64,000 nucleotides of DNA from an uncultured bacterium (lineage in GTDB: Bacteria; Auribacterota; UBA3054; JAPLST01): the NCBI GenBank assembly GCA_964397565.1, contig CAYNJC010000007.1:5005-69004 (forward strand). The letters are read 5' to 3'. Positions 27,431 through 35,459 of this stretch are shown here, piece after piece. The notes under the pieces are model-generated. The model worked only from the letters and a program-made list of their open reading frames with translations, searched no databases and was not told the DNA's origin. A program made the translations under genes and the position numbers. The first letter of the stretch is position 1. The number at the start of each line of letters is the position of its first letter.

Positions 27431-27534
27431 CTTTCGGTTTTCAGCTGCTTGGAGTCCCGCCATCGGTGGGATTTTCGGTTTTCGGTTTTCAGTGACTGCA
27501 GCAAACGGCAAACTGAAAACGGCAAACTGAAAAC
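27431..27534. repeat. composite modular repeat downstream of tRNA-Leu (W' - 32-nt H block - W' - W array)
   Basis: Modules in order: CGGTTTTCAG (27435-27444); TCAGCTGCTTGGAGTCCCGCCATCGGTGGGAT (27441-27472, containing the hairpin TCCCGCC-ATC-GGTGGGA); TTTTCGGTTTTCGGTTTTCAG (27472-27492); then the inverted words CAAACGGCAAACTGAAAACGGCAAACTGAAAAC (27502-27534). Confidence 0.85.
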
Positions 27535-30500
27535 AGGTTGCCGCATCCTGCTGGTCGCCCTCTTCTGGGCATGCGGCAGTACATGGGCCGAGCCGTTGAT
27601 CACCGTCGAATTGGGCTCGCCGCGGCGGGAGGAGGCGCCGGGGGTGATCGAGTCGCCGTATGGCGTCGCCATTCCTGCCTCGGGTAATTCCAACAATTTT
27701 GCGCGGGTGCGCGAGGAAGCGTGCGCGCAGCACATTTATCGCCTGCAGGTGCCGGTGCGCATCACATGTCATGCGGCATCCGTGCCACGCATGGCGACGC
27801 TGTGCTACGCGTTTGCGTATGAAAGCCGGCAGGACGATTTGCGGCCATCCCTGCGCGCCTTAACCAATTTATTGGCGGCGTCCTTGCAGGTGGTGGACAT
27901 CCCCTTGCAGGCCGGGATCACGGAGTGGACTTTGACCTCGCGCTGGATGGTGGAACTGGACCCGCGTTTGTGGGGGGCATCGGATGGCTATCTTGAAGAA
28001 GCGCGCAATGGCCGGACGCGCCAGCGCAGCCGCGCGGCGAGAGGCACGGCGACCTCGCGGGCGTTAAGCAGTTTCTTCCTGCCGTATCGTCTGGCAATGT
28101 GGGTGCCGGAGCAGGGGTTGGACGGCGCGTGGCCGGAGAGCGAGTTTCCGCACTTGGTCATTCGCGAGGTGCAGGGCAATGAAGCGGTTGCCGGTCTGGC
28201 GGTCTATGTCTTCACCGGCGCCGCGCACTTGAGTGGCGGCGGCACGACCGACAATCGCGGACTGGAACAACTGGTGCAACAGTTTCTGCCGCAGGCGGTA
28301 AATCCGCATCGGCAGGCGCCGATTTTCACGAACACCTGGGAAGCGCGCGGCTGGGCCGGCGCGATCGCCCATGCCACCGATCCGAGTTTGCGCGCAGCGC
28401 TGCTGGCGCGCGTCACGCGCGAGCAGCCGGACGACCGGGATGCCGCCGATTTGCTGCTGCGGACGTTGGCGCAGCAAGATGATGCCTCCCGTGCGTATCG
28501 CGTGTATCAGCAATACGCGCAGCGATTTGGCGACCTGAGTGAGCATTGGTTCCAACAGTATTATCAAGCGGTGGGGGAGGCGATGGCGCGGCGTGCGGCA
28601 CTAGTCGCGTTTCGGCGCGCACATCCCGAAAGCGCATGGGCCTTGGAGCAATTGACCGAGGAGATGATCGCCGACGAACAGTGGGGGCTGGCGCGCCGTC
28701 TGGTGACAGAGTGGCTGGCGCGCGAGCCCAGCAACGCCACCGTATATGTGCGGGCCGCGCACATTGCGGAGGCCCAGCACCGCGAGGATGATGCGCGCCG
28801 CTACCTCACGACCGCCCTGGCAATAGTATTGCCGCTGGACACCGTCGTGACGGGCATGTATCATCGCGGCAGCGCGGCGTATCGCGAGTATTTGCTCGGC
28901 ATGGATGCGCTGCGCGACAACGAGTACGAGCGGGCGCGGGCGTACTTGCGCCAAGCGGTTGCGCATGACCCGACCTTCTATCCGGCGATGCTGGCACAAG
29001 CCCAGTTTTTTCTGACGAACGCCATTGCCAGCGCAGCCCGGCGCGAACTGAATCTGGCGTTGCGCGTCGCGCCGGATCATCCCGCGGCGCTGAGCATGCT
29101 GGCGCGCCAGCAGACCCGGCGCCGGGCATCCAGCGCGTCCGTGGTCGAACGCCTGCGGGCTGTGCTGCAGCCGCGCATTGACGCAGCCATGCTGCGACAG
29201 GATTGGACCAATGTGGCGACCATGACGCGCGTGCTGCTGGAGGCTGCGCCGGAGCACACGCCCACCCGGGTTGCCTACGCGCTGGCCTTGCTGCGCGTGC
29301 AGCAATATGATGATGCCAGTGCGGCGTTGCGCGCCGTTGCGCAGCGCGAACAGGGCAGTGCGCCGGTGCGCGCGGCGTGGGCGGAATTGTGCCGGGCGAT
29401 GGATGAGGATCAAAGCGTCGTGGTGGTGTCCGAGCGTCCGCTGGATTGGCACCAGCGCCAGATTGAATTGTGGCAGAGTGTGCAAGCGGCCGCCCCGCGG
29501 GATGTGCGCGCGCTGTTGGAACTGGCGCTGCTCTATCGGCAGCATGACCGATGGGATGATTTTTTTGCCGCCTTGGGTGCGCTGTACAAATGTGCGCCTT
29601 GGCCCTCGGTGGCGTTGTGGCTGGGCGACACGTGTCTTCAGAAGGCAGATGGCCAGCCCAACGCAACCATACCGCGGCAGCCCGGCCGCACGTATCTGCA
29701 GGAGGCGCGCGAATGCTATCAGAAAACGGGTGTCACCCGCAACGAGGGACCGCGCAGCCGCATTGATTTTGGCATGCCGTCGGCCTATGTCGGCTATGCC
29801 CGCTGTGCCGAGCTCAATGCCGGCGCACAGGATGATCCGCTGGCATTTATTCGCGCCGGCACGCGCCGTTTCCCCGCCGCACCGGAACCGCGCGCGGCCC
29901 TGATTGCCAGTGCGGCCCGCCATCAGTTGCTCGCGCCGCTGCTGTGGCAACCGTATACCAATCAACTCATGACGCTGTTTGGTATGCGCGCCGATGTGTT
30001 GACCGCAGTAGCCGTGCTGCACAAAGAGCTTGGTCAGATGCCGGCGTATGCGACAAACTGTGCGCAGCAGGCGGCACTGCTGGTACGGTGCTACGCTGCT
30101 TTGTTTCCGCAAAGCATGGCGCGCCAGGAATATCGCCGGCCGGCACAAGTGTATGTCTTGGATCACGATGCGCGCACCACGTTTGCGGCCCGGCGCCTGG
30201 CGTTCTTGACGCCGGCGGAAGCCTACGATTGGTATGCCATCCGTTCGCGCTATACCGCGGCTGATCTGCTGAACGGCGCGACGCGCTGGTGGCAACGCCG
30301 GGCCATGCTCGAGCGCGGCTTGGATGCGCTGGCAGAAGCGGAACGCAGCCTCGGCTATTCAACCAATGCGACCTATGCGCGCGCGGTGTATGAAGCGCTC
30401 TATCAACCCCAGATGTCGGCGTTGCAGTTGGACGTCAAGATGAACGTGGTGGCAGCCTATGTCACCGAATTGTACAAATGTTTTGGCCGCAGTCGCACAA

Positions 30501-31393
30501 CGTCGGCGCGCACGCCGCGTCGTCTTTTTGAGCACAGGATCGAAGATCAGCAACATGAGGTCGACACGCTGCCGGCCATGATTACGTGCGAACAGGCCTT
30601 GCCGGAGGAGGTTCGCGCGTATTTTGTGCCGCCCGACCTGTTGTTTGCCACGCTGTGGCGCAGTGATGCGGTGCGTGCAACGCCGTGGTGGAATGGCGCG
30701 GCCTGGCGACTCGTGCCGCAGCGGGTTGTGCAGGCGCCCAGTGCCGATTGGAATTTCTCGGCCGCCAGCGGGCGCATCCGCACGCCCGGCCTGGTCACCG
30801 GCGTGGTTGCCCAAGGCATGTTGTCGTTTGCGCAACAAGCCGCCGCCTCACCAGCCGAGACGAATCGCGCCGCCGTTACGCTCCTGCAAGGAACCGACGC
30901 GCGCGTGCCGATGCTGCCCTGCATGTTTGCCGGCGCCGTGACCGGCGCCATTTGGCAACTCGATCTGCGCGCCCAGCAGTTCCACACGGAACAACCGCCG
31001 CGGCTGCTGCTGGCGCTCACGCCCGCGCCGCTGGCGGATGATGTGCGCGATTCGGGCGACGAGGCCTTGGTGCTGGCCTGGCAATGGAGCTCACTGACGA
31101 GCGTGACACTGCGCGTGTATGCCCGCGCCGCCGCGTTGGAGCAGGGCATGCAGCCAGGCCAGATCGGCGTGCCGCTGGGCGAGCTGCAGGCGCCCGATGC
31201 TAGTGACTTTTTCTGGCGGGTCGACGGCAACAACATCAGTGTCTGGTGCACCAACACCCCGCAACAGATCAGCGCCGCGCATGGCTTGTCGGCCTATGCC
31301 TGGCCGCGCGGAATGTATCTGACGGCCCAGTTGATCATCAGCCCGACGGCCTACAGCGTGCAGGCACGCGGCGTGGTCTGCGGTAGTGAATGA
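27449..31393 (+). CDS. large hypothetical secreted TPR-repeat protein (start codon uncertain)
   Basis: The open frame 27326..31393 begins across the tRNA, so its N-terminus is not real. The first post-tRNA start candidate is TTG 27449, inside the repeat. The signal-like segment CRILLVALFWACGSTWA-EP lies at about 27540-27590, with no ATG or GTG before it. TPR-like helices include YERARAYLRQAVAHDPTFYPAMLAQAQFF and RRELNLALRVAPDHPAALSMLA. No enzymatic motif recognised. Confidence 0.6.
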   Translation: MESRHRWDFRFSVFSDCSKRQTENGKLKTGCRILLVALFWACGSTWAEPLITVELGSPRREEAPGVIESPYGVAIPASGNSNNFARVREEACAQHIYRLQVPVRITCHAASVPRMATLCYAFAYESRQDDLRPSLRALTNLLAASLQVVDIPLQAGITEWTLTSRWMVELDPRLWGASDGYLEEARNGRTRQRSRAARGTATSRALSSFFLPYRLAMWVPEQGLDGAWPESEFPHLVIREVQGNEAVAGLAVYVFTGAAHLSGGGTTDNRGLEQLVQQFLPQAVNPHRQAPIFTNTWEARGWAGAIAHATDPSLRAALLARVTREQPDDRDAADLLLRTLAQQDDASRAYRVYQQYAQRFGDLSEHWFQQYYQAVGEAMARRAALVAFRRAHPESAWALEQLTEEMIADEQWGLARRLVTEWLAREPSNATVYVRAAHIAEAQHREDDARRYLTTALAIVLPLDTVVTGMYHRGSAAYREYLLGMDALRDNEYERARAYLRQAVAHDPTFYPAMLAQAQFFLTNAIASAARRELNLALRVAPDHPAALSMLARQQTRRRASSASVVERLRAVLQPRIDAAMLRQDWTNVATMTRVLLEAAPEHTPTRVAYALALLRVQQYDDASAALRAVAQREQGSAPVRAAWAELCRAMDEDQSVVVVSERPLDWHQRQIELWQSVQAAAPRDVRALLELALLYRQHDRWDDFFAALGALYKCAPWPSVALWLGDTCLQKADGQPNATIPRQPGRTYLQEARECYQKTGVTRNEGPRSRIDFGMPSAYVGYARCAELNAGAQDDPLAFIRAGTRRFPAAPEPRAALIASAARHQLLAPLLWQPYTNQLMTLFGMRADVLTAVAVLHKELGQMPAYATNCAQQAALLVRCYAALFPQSMARQEYRRPAQVYVLDHDARTTFAARRLAFLTPAEAYDWYAIRSRYTAADLLNGATRWWQRRAMLERGLDALAEAERSLGYSTNATYARAVYEALYQPQMSALQLDVKMNVVAAYVTELYKCFGRSRTTSARTPRRLFEHRIEDQQHEVDTLPAMITCEQALPEEVRAYFVPPDLLFATLWRSDAVRATPWWNGAAWRLVPQRVVQAPSADWNFSAASGRIRTPGLVTGVVAQGMLSFAQQAAASPAETNRAAVTLLQGTDARVPMLPCMFAGAVTGAIWQLDLRAQQFHTEQPPRLLLALTPAPLADDVRDSGDEALVLAWQWSSLTSVTLRVYARAAALEQGMQPGQIGVPLGELQAPDASDFFWRVDGNNISVWCTNTPQQISAAHGLSAYAWPRGMYLTAQLIISPTAYSVQARGVVCGSE

Positions 31394-31431
31394 GCGCAGC
31401 ATGGTTTCCGATGTTAGTCTGCAACCGAACA

Positions 31432-31455
31432 CTGCAAACGGCAAACTGAAAACGG
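31432..31455. repeat. W module copy (CTGCAAACGGCAAACTGAAAACGG) directly after the TPR gene
   Basis: Near-identical to 27497-27523 (CTGCAGCAAACGGCAAACTGAAAACGG), so the TPR gene is bracketed by direct repeats. Confidence 0.8.
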
Positions 31456-31473
31456 CTGCGCCGCCGCGTGCCA

Positions 31474-31502
31474 TTGACACGGCGCGGCATAAAGAATATA
31501 AT
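31474..31502 (+). promoter_or_regulatory. consensus sigma70-type promoter for nifU-nifS
   Basis: TTGACA (31474-31479), a 17-nt spacer, then TATAAT (31497-31502); the ATG follows 47 nt downstream. Confidence 0.6.
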
Positions 31503-31548
31503 GGTACTGTAATAAACATACACCTAACCGCAACCCGTACACGAGCGC

Positions 31549-32229
31549 ATGTGGGAGTATAATCAGAAAGTCCTTGAGCATTTTCGCAACCCGCACAACA
31601 TGGGCGAGATCGAACATCCCGACGGCGTTGGCGAAGTCGGCAGCATGGCCTGCGGCGATGCGATGCTCCTGACCTTGCGGATTGACCGCGCGGCCGACCG
31701 GATCACGGATGCCAAGTTCAAGACCTTTGGTTGCGCCAGCGCGATCGCCTCCGCCAGTGTCCTGACGGAATTGATCATCGGCAAGACGGTGGATGAAGCC
31801 ATGCAGGTGACCAATGACGACATTGTCCAGGCCTTGGGCGGGCTGCCGACGGCCAAGATGCACTGCTCGGTGCTGGGCCACGACGCGGTCCTGGCAGCCA
31901 TCAACAATTATCGCGGCGTGCACTCGACCCACCAGACCGATGACGAGGGTAAGATCGTCTGCCGCTGTTTTGCCGTAACCGATACGCACATTGAACGGGT
32001 GGCGCGCGAGAACAAACTGCGGACGGTGGATGAAATTACAGATTTCACCAAAGCCGGCGGTGCTTGCAAATCATGTCATGTTGCCATTCAAGACATTTTG
32101 GATCGGCTGTGGGGCACGGCGGCGGAGGCCGACGCGCCCACTGATTGCCAGAAACAACGCGCGACGCGCTGCTGCCAAAAGGCGAAGCGCAGTGCCTGCG
32201 GTTGCGCGGCGTCGCGCGCAAAATCCTGA
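31549..32229 (+). CDS. nifU: NifU-like Fe-S scaffold: IscU-type N-domain + BFD-like [2Fe-2S] domain, lacking the C-terminal Nfu domain
   Basis: The IscU cysteines lie in GSMACGDAM, FKTFGCASAIAS and KMHCSVLG. The BFD-like motif is CRCFAVTD...AGGACKSCH. The protein ends in a basic Cys-rich tail CQKQRATRCCQKAKRSACGCAASRAKS. Confidence 0.85.
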   Translation: MWEYNQKVLEHFRNPHNMGEIEHPDGVGEVGSMACGDAMLLTLRIDRAADRITDAKFKTFGCASAIASASVLTELIIGKTVDEAMQVTNDDIVQALGGLPTAKMHCSVLGHDAVLAAINNYRGVHSTHQTDDEGKIVCRCFAVTDTHIERVARENKLRTVDEITDFTKAGGACKSCHVAIQDILDRLWGTAAEADAPTDCQKQRATRCCQKAKRSACGCAASRAKS

Positions 32230-32237
32230 GGCACCCC

Positions 32238-33404
32238 ATGATCTATGTCGACAATAATGCCACCACCTGTGTCGCCGACGATGTGGTCGAGGCGATGCTG
32301 CCGTTTTTCACGCGCCACTTTGGCAATCCCTCGAGCATGTATGCCTTTGCCGTTGAGGCCGCGCGGCCGATGGCGCGCGCCCGCGAGCAAGTGGCGCACT
32401 TGCTGAATGCCGCGCACGCCGACGAGGTGATTTTCACCAGTTGCGGCACGGAGAGCGATAACGCCGCGGTGTTGGGTGTGCTGGCCGCGCTGCCGCGCAA
32501 GAATCATGTGATCACCACGGCGGTCGAGCATCCGGCGGTGTATAATCTGGGCGAGGAACTGCAGCGCCGCGGCGTGCACGTCACCTATCTGCCGGTTGAT
32601 CGTGATGGCTTGATCAATCTGGATGCCCTGCGCGCGGCGATCACCGACAAGACCGCGCTGGTGAGCTGCATGTGGGCCAACAACGAGACCGGCGTGCTGC
32701 TGCCGATCCAAGAAGCCTGCACGATTGCGCATGAGCACGGCGTGCTGTTTCACACCGACGCAGTGCAGGCAGTCGGCAAGATTCCCGTGGATGTGCAGGC
32801 GGTCGGCGTGGATTTGCTGTCGTTGTCGGGCCACAAATTTCACGCGCCCAAAGGCATCGGCGCACTGTATATCAAGCGCGGAACCCGCGTGCGCTCGCTG
32901 TTTGTTGGCGGGCATCAGGAACATGGCCGGCGCGCCGGCACGGAAAATGTGCCGTACATTGTCGGGCTGGGCGCGGCGGCCGCACTGGCAGCCGGATTTC
33001 TGGACGACGAGGCGATGCGTGTCAAGGCCTTGCGCGACACGCTCGAAATCGAGCTGCTGGCGCGCATCCCCGTCGCGCAGGTCAACGGCCATCGCACGCT
33101 GCGCACACCCAACACGACCAACATCACGTTTGCCTATGTCGAGGGTGAAGCCATGCTGCTGTCCATGAGCGACCTGGGCATCTGCGCCTCGTCCGGCTCG
33201 GCTTGCACCAGCGGCTCGCTCGAACCGTCGCACGTCTTGCGCGCAATGGGGTTGTCCCACGAGGAAGCCCACGGCGCGGTGCGCTTCAGCTTGAGCCGCT
33301 ACACCAGCGCGGCCGATATTGCCGCGATATGTGAGGGATTGCCGCCGATTGTGGCGCGCCTGCGCGCCATGTCGCCGTTTACGCCACCCGCGTTGCGCAC
33401 ATGA
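32238..33404 (+). CDS. nifS: cysteine desulfurase, NifS type
   Basis: From ATG 32238: MIYVDNNATT..., FGNPSS.Y, PLP site SLSGHKFHAPKGIG, active-site loop SSGSACTSG. The track start at 32145 overlaps the nifU tail. Confidence 0.92.
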   Translation: MIYVDNNATTCVADDVVEAMLPFFTRHFGNPSSMYAFAVEAARPMARAREQVAHLLNAAHADEVIFTSCGTESDNAAVLGVLAALPRKNHVITTAVEHPAVYNLGEELQRRGVHVTYLPVDRDGLINLDALRAAITDKTALVSCMWANNETGVLLPIQEACTIAHEHGVLFHTDAVQAVGKIPVDVQAVGVDLLSLSGHKFHAPKGIGALYIKRGTRVRSLFVGGHQEHGRRAGTENVPYIVGLGAAAALAAGFLDDEAMRVKALRDTLEIELLARIPVAQVNGHRTLRTPNTTNITFAYVEGEAMLLSMSDLGICASSGSACTSGSLEPSHVLRAMGLSHEEAHGAVRFSLSRYTSAADIAAICEGLPPIVARLRAMSPFTPPALRT

Positions 33405-34771
33405 ACAACGTGCCGCGCGTGACGCTCAAGCCGGGCAAGGCCAAACCATTTTGGTGCGGCCACCCGTTGGTCTTCTCCGGCGCGGTGCAGTCGGTTGACG
33501 CCGGCATTGAGACCGGCACGATCGTGGCCGTGCGGGATGCGCACGGGACCCAGATCGGGTTGGGGGTTTTCAATACCCATTCGCAATATCGGGTGCGCAT
33601 TCTCAGCCGCGCGGCGGCGGGGGAGTGCGATGCGACGATCGAGAGTTTTGTCGCCCGCCATCTGCGTGACGCCCGTGCCCTGCGCCAATTGCTGCAACTG
33701 CCGTCCGCAGCCACCAACGCATACCGCGTGTTGAACAGCGAGGGCGATGGCTGCTCCGGCCTGACGATTGACCTGTATGGCGACACCGCGGTCGTGGCGT
33801 CGAGCGCCTATTGGACTGAACAGAACCGGGCGGTGATCACGCGCGTGATCCAGGCGGAGCTGCAACCGGCCCAGGTGCTCTGGCGCCCGGTGCATCGCCC
33901 GCTCGAACAGGACGGTTGGAGCACCGAGTCCGCTGGCCTTGCCAGTCCCGCCATCGGCGGGATGGGAGCGGCCTCCGCGCCGCGATCTGCCACTGCATCA
34001 CCGGATGCCGCCGACGCCCACATTGCAGAGGCAGGGTGCGTCAGCTGCTTGGAGTCCCGCCAACGGCGGGATGATCAGTGCATCGGTGCGTCAGTATCTG
34101 CAACTGAAAACCAAAAAACGAAAACTGAAAACTTCGCCGCAGAAGCGCCAGTGCTGGTGCGCGAAAACGGATTACAGTTCACCGTTGATCTGCACGGTCA
34201 GAAAACAGGATTCTACTGTGATCAGCGCGACAATCGCGCCTGGCTTGAAACCCTGGCGCGCGGGCGCACAGTACTGGATGCATTTTGCTTCACGGGCGGT
34301 TTTGGACTGTATGCCGCGCGGGGTGGCGCGACGCGCGTGGTGGGCGTGGATTCGTCCGCACCGGCCATTGCGTTGGCGCGCAAAAATGCGGCGGCCAATC
34401 AGGTCGGCATCGAGCTGTACTGCGCCGACGTGCTCGAATATCTGGGCACGGCACGCGATTTTGACACGATCATTCTTGATCCGCCGAAACTGGCGGGCAC
34501 GGCCGAGCATGTCACCCGCGCGCTGCGTTATTATCGCCATTTGTGCGGGCTGGCGTTGCGGGCGTTGCGGCCACCGGGCATGCTGGTGGTCTGCTCCTGC
34601 TCCGCGGCACTGGGCTTTGAGGCCTTGCAGCACGTCATTCGCGAAACGGCGGTCGAAGAGCAGCGCACGGCGCAGATTGTGCGCGTCAGTGGCGCGGCGC
34701 CGGATCATCCGGTCTTGCCGGCCTTTCCGGAAGGCCAGTATCTGACCTGTGTCTGGGTCGCGGTCAGCTAG
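33401..34771 (+). CDS. rlmI: class I SAM-dependent rRNA (cytosine-C5) methyltransferase, RlmI-like, with ~60-70 aa internal insertion
   Basis: The N-terminus reads VTLKPGKAKPFWCGHPLVFSGAV (PUA-like). The MTase core reads GQKTGFYCDQRDNR...LDAFCFTGGFGLYAARGGA..VVGVDSS...DTIILDPP...HPV..AFPEGQYLT. The protein is 456 aa against about 396 aa for E. coli RlmI (from memory). ATGA overlap with nifS. Confidence 0.85.
   Translation: MNNVPRVTLKPGKAKPFWCGHPLVFSGAVQSVDAGIETGTIVAVRDAHGTQIGLGVFNTHSQYRVRILSRAAAGECDATIESFVARHLRDARALRQLLQLPSAATNAYRVLNSEGDGCSGLTIDLYGDTAVVASSAYWTEQNRAVITRVIQAELQPAQVLWRPVHRPLEQDGWSTESAGLASPAIGGMGAASAPRSATASPDAADAHIAEAGCVSCLESRQRRDDQCIGASVSATENQKTKTENFAAEAPVLVRENGLQFTVDLHGQKTGFYCDQRDNRAWLETLARGRTVLDAFCFTGGFGLYAARGGATRVVGVDSSAPAIALARKNAAANQVGIELYCADVLEYLGTARDFDTIILDPPKLAGTAEHVTRALRYYRHLCGLALRALRPPGMLVVCSCSAALGFEALQHVIRETAVEEQRTAQIVRVSGAAPDHPVLPAFPEGQYLTCVWVAVS
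33945..34132. repeat. repeat-module composite embedded in-frame in the rlmI-like CDS
   Basis: Modules: H palindrome GTCCCGCCATCGGCGGGAT (33945-33963); 32-nt block TCAGCTGCTTGGAGTCCCGCCAACGGCGGGAT (34041-34072; 30/32 identical to 27441-27472); V word TCAGTGCATCGGTGCGTCAGT (34075-34095); W array CTGCAACTGAAAACCAAAAAACGAAAACTGAAAAC (34098-34132). Confidence 0.85.
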
Positions 34772-34774
34772 TCA

Positions 34775-34803
34775 GGAAGAATGGAAGGCTGGAAGGTTGG
34801 AAG
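34775..34803. repeat. 4 x octamer stutter GGAAGNNN
   Basis: GGAAGAAT GGAAGGCT GGAAGGTT GGAAG, immediately after the rlmI-like stop (34769-34771). Confidence 0.8.
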
Positions 34804-34829
34804 AGAATCTGCAGCGCCTCGACACCAAT

Positions 34830-34850
34830 CACTGATCACTGATCACTGAT
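34830..34850. repeat. 3 x perfect heptamer CACTGAT (TGATCA cores) spanning the stop of the protease gene
   Basis: CACTGATCACTGATCACTGAT. TGA occurs at 34833, 34840 and 34847 (+ strand, three frames). TCA occurs at 34829, 34836 and 34843, giving TGA in three frames on the - strand. The - strand TGA at 34845-34843 is the actual stop of the protease gene. Confidence 0.9.
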
Positions 34851-35313
34851 TACCGATCACCTGCTGCAGCAGCGCGCAAGCCAGCGCGAAGGCCTGGTCA
34901 ATGGCCGCCAGCGTGGCCGGGCTCACATCGTCGCGCATGTCAAACGAAAATCCCGGGACAGAAATAATGCGGGCGTCCGGCTGGGCATCATACAACTTGC
35001 ATGCCAGGCCGAGCAATGAGCCGGGTGTAAAGGCGTGGGTGGTGAAGCCCTGCGGTTCCTCGGCGGCCACGGCGGTGACTTCAACGGCGGCGCTGAATTC
35101 GTGCGTATGTGCATCGAAAAAGAAGACGTGCGTGGCGTGGGCGATGTCCTCGACCATGTCAAGATCGAGCTGGTAGTCAGTGCGGACGGTTAATGGTATG
35201 CCCTGTGCGGCAGCCCAGACCTGGACCCGTTCGGCCAGAAGATGGCCGGCGCGGTCGTCCTGGCGGTGCGGGTTGCCGTAGCCGATGATCAAGATGGAAG
35301 CAGATAGTGTCAT
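34843..35313 (-). CDS. hydrogenase maturation endopeptidase (HyaD/HybD/HoxW family)
   Basis: ILIIGYGNPHRQDDRAGHLLAERV matches the GxGNxxxxDDxxG motif, and a conserved His context THAFTPGSLLGL lies downstream. ATG 35313 is preferred; GTG 35331 is possible. No hydrogenase structural genes are in the window. Confidence 0.7.
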   Translation of the reverse strand: MTLSASILIIGYGNPHRQDDRAGHLLAERVQVWAAAQGIPLTVRTDYQLDLDMVEDIAHATHVFFFDAHTHEFSAAVEVTAVAAEEPQGFTTHAFTPGSLLGLACKLYDAQPDARIISVPGFSFDMRDDVSPATLAAIDQAFALACALLQQVIGNQ

Positions 35314-35459
35314 ACCATGAATAGTAGCCACTCAGTGAGAAAAATGCAATCAATCCTTGATACCCCACGTGCAACCGCACATGACAAATCGCTTCAGTTA
35401 TGGTATATTAACACAACTCTTGCAGTGCGATGGTTTGTCTTATTACCATGGGGACAAGC

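Noticed and set aside
27326-27448. N-terminal 41 codons of track ORF 27326..31393 (MAYNRNNARVAELADAPDLGSGVNDVWVQVPP...)
   Set aside because: These codons are the translation of tRNA-Leu (27347-27427) and its flanks, so this is not coding sequence.
27431-27534. Possible CRISPR array (also 16306-16372, 34098-34132 and 60522-60553)
   Set aside because: The repeat words are only 7-14 nt long, have at most 4 copies and have no unique 25-40-nt spacers. No cas genes are in the window. These are stutter or REP-like repeats, not CRISPR.
28601-30295. 564-aa minus-strand ORF (and 28806..29666) opposite the TPR gene
   Set aside because: Composition is antisense-like (R, A, G, H, Q, P rich) with no motifs. 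The plus frame is open for 3.9 kb and contains TPR-like helices. Confidence in the plus-strand gene is lower than for the enzymes, but it is still preferred.
27347-31455. Integrative genomic island at tRNA-Leu
   Set aside because: Direct repeats flank the TPR gene next to a tRNA. However, the segment has a single gene, there is no integrase, excisionase or mobility gene, and the repeat is not a copy of the tRNA 3' end. It is kept only as a low-key hypothesis in the findings.
32088-33272. 394-aa minus-strand ORF opposite nifS
   Set aside because: Antisense shadow of a canonical cysteine desulfurase.
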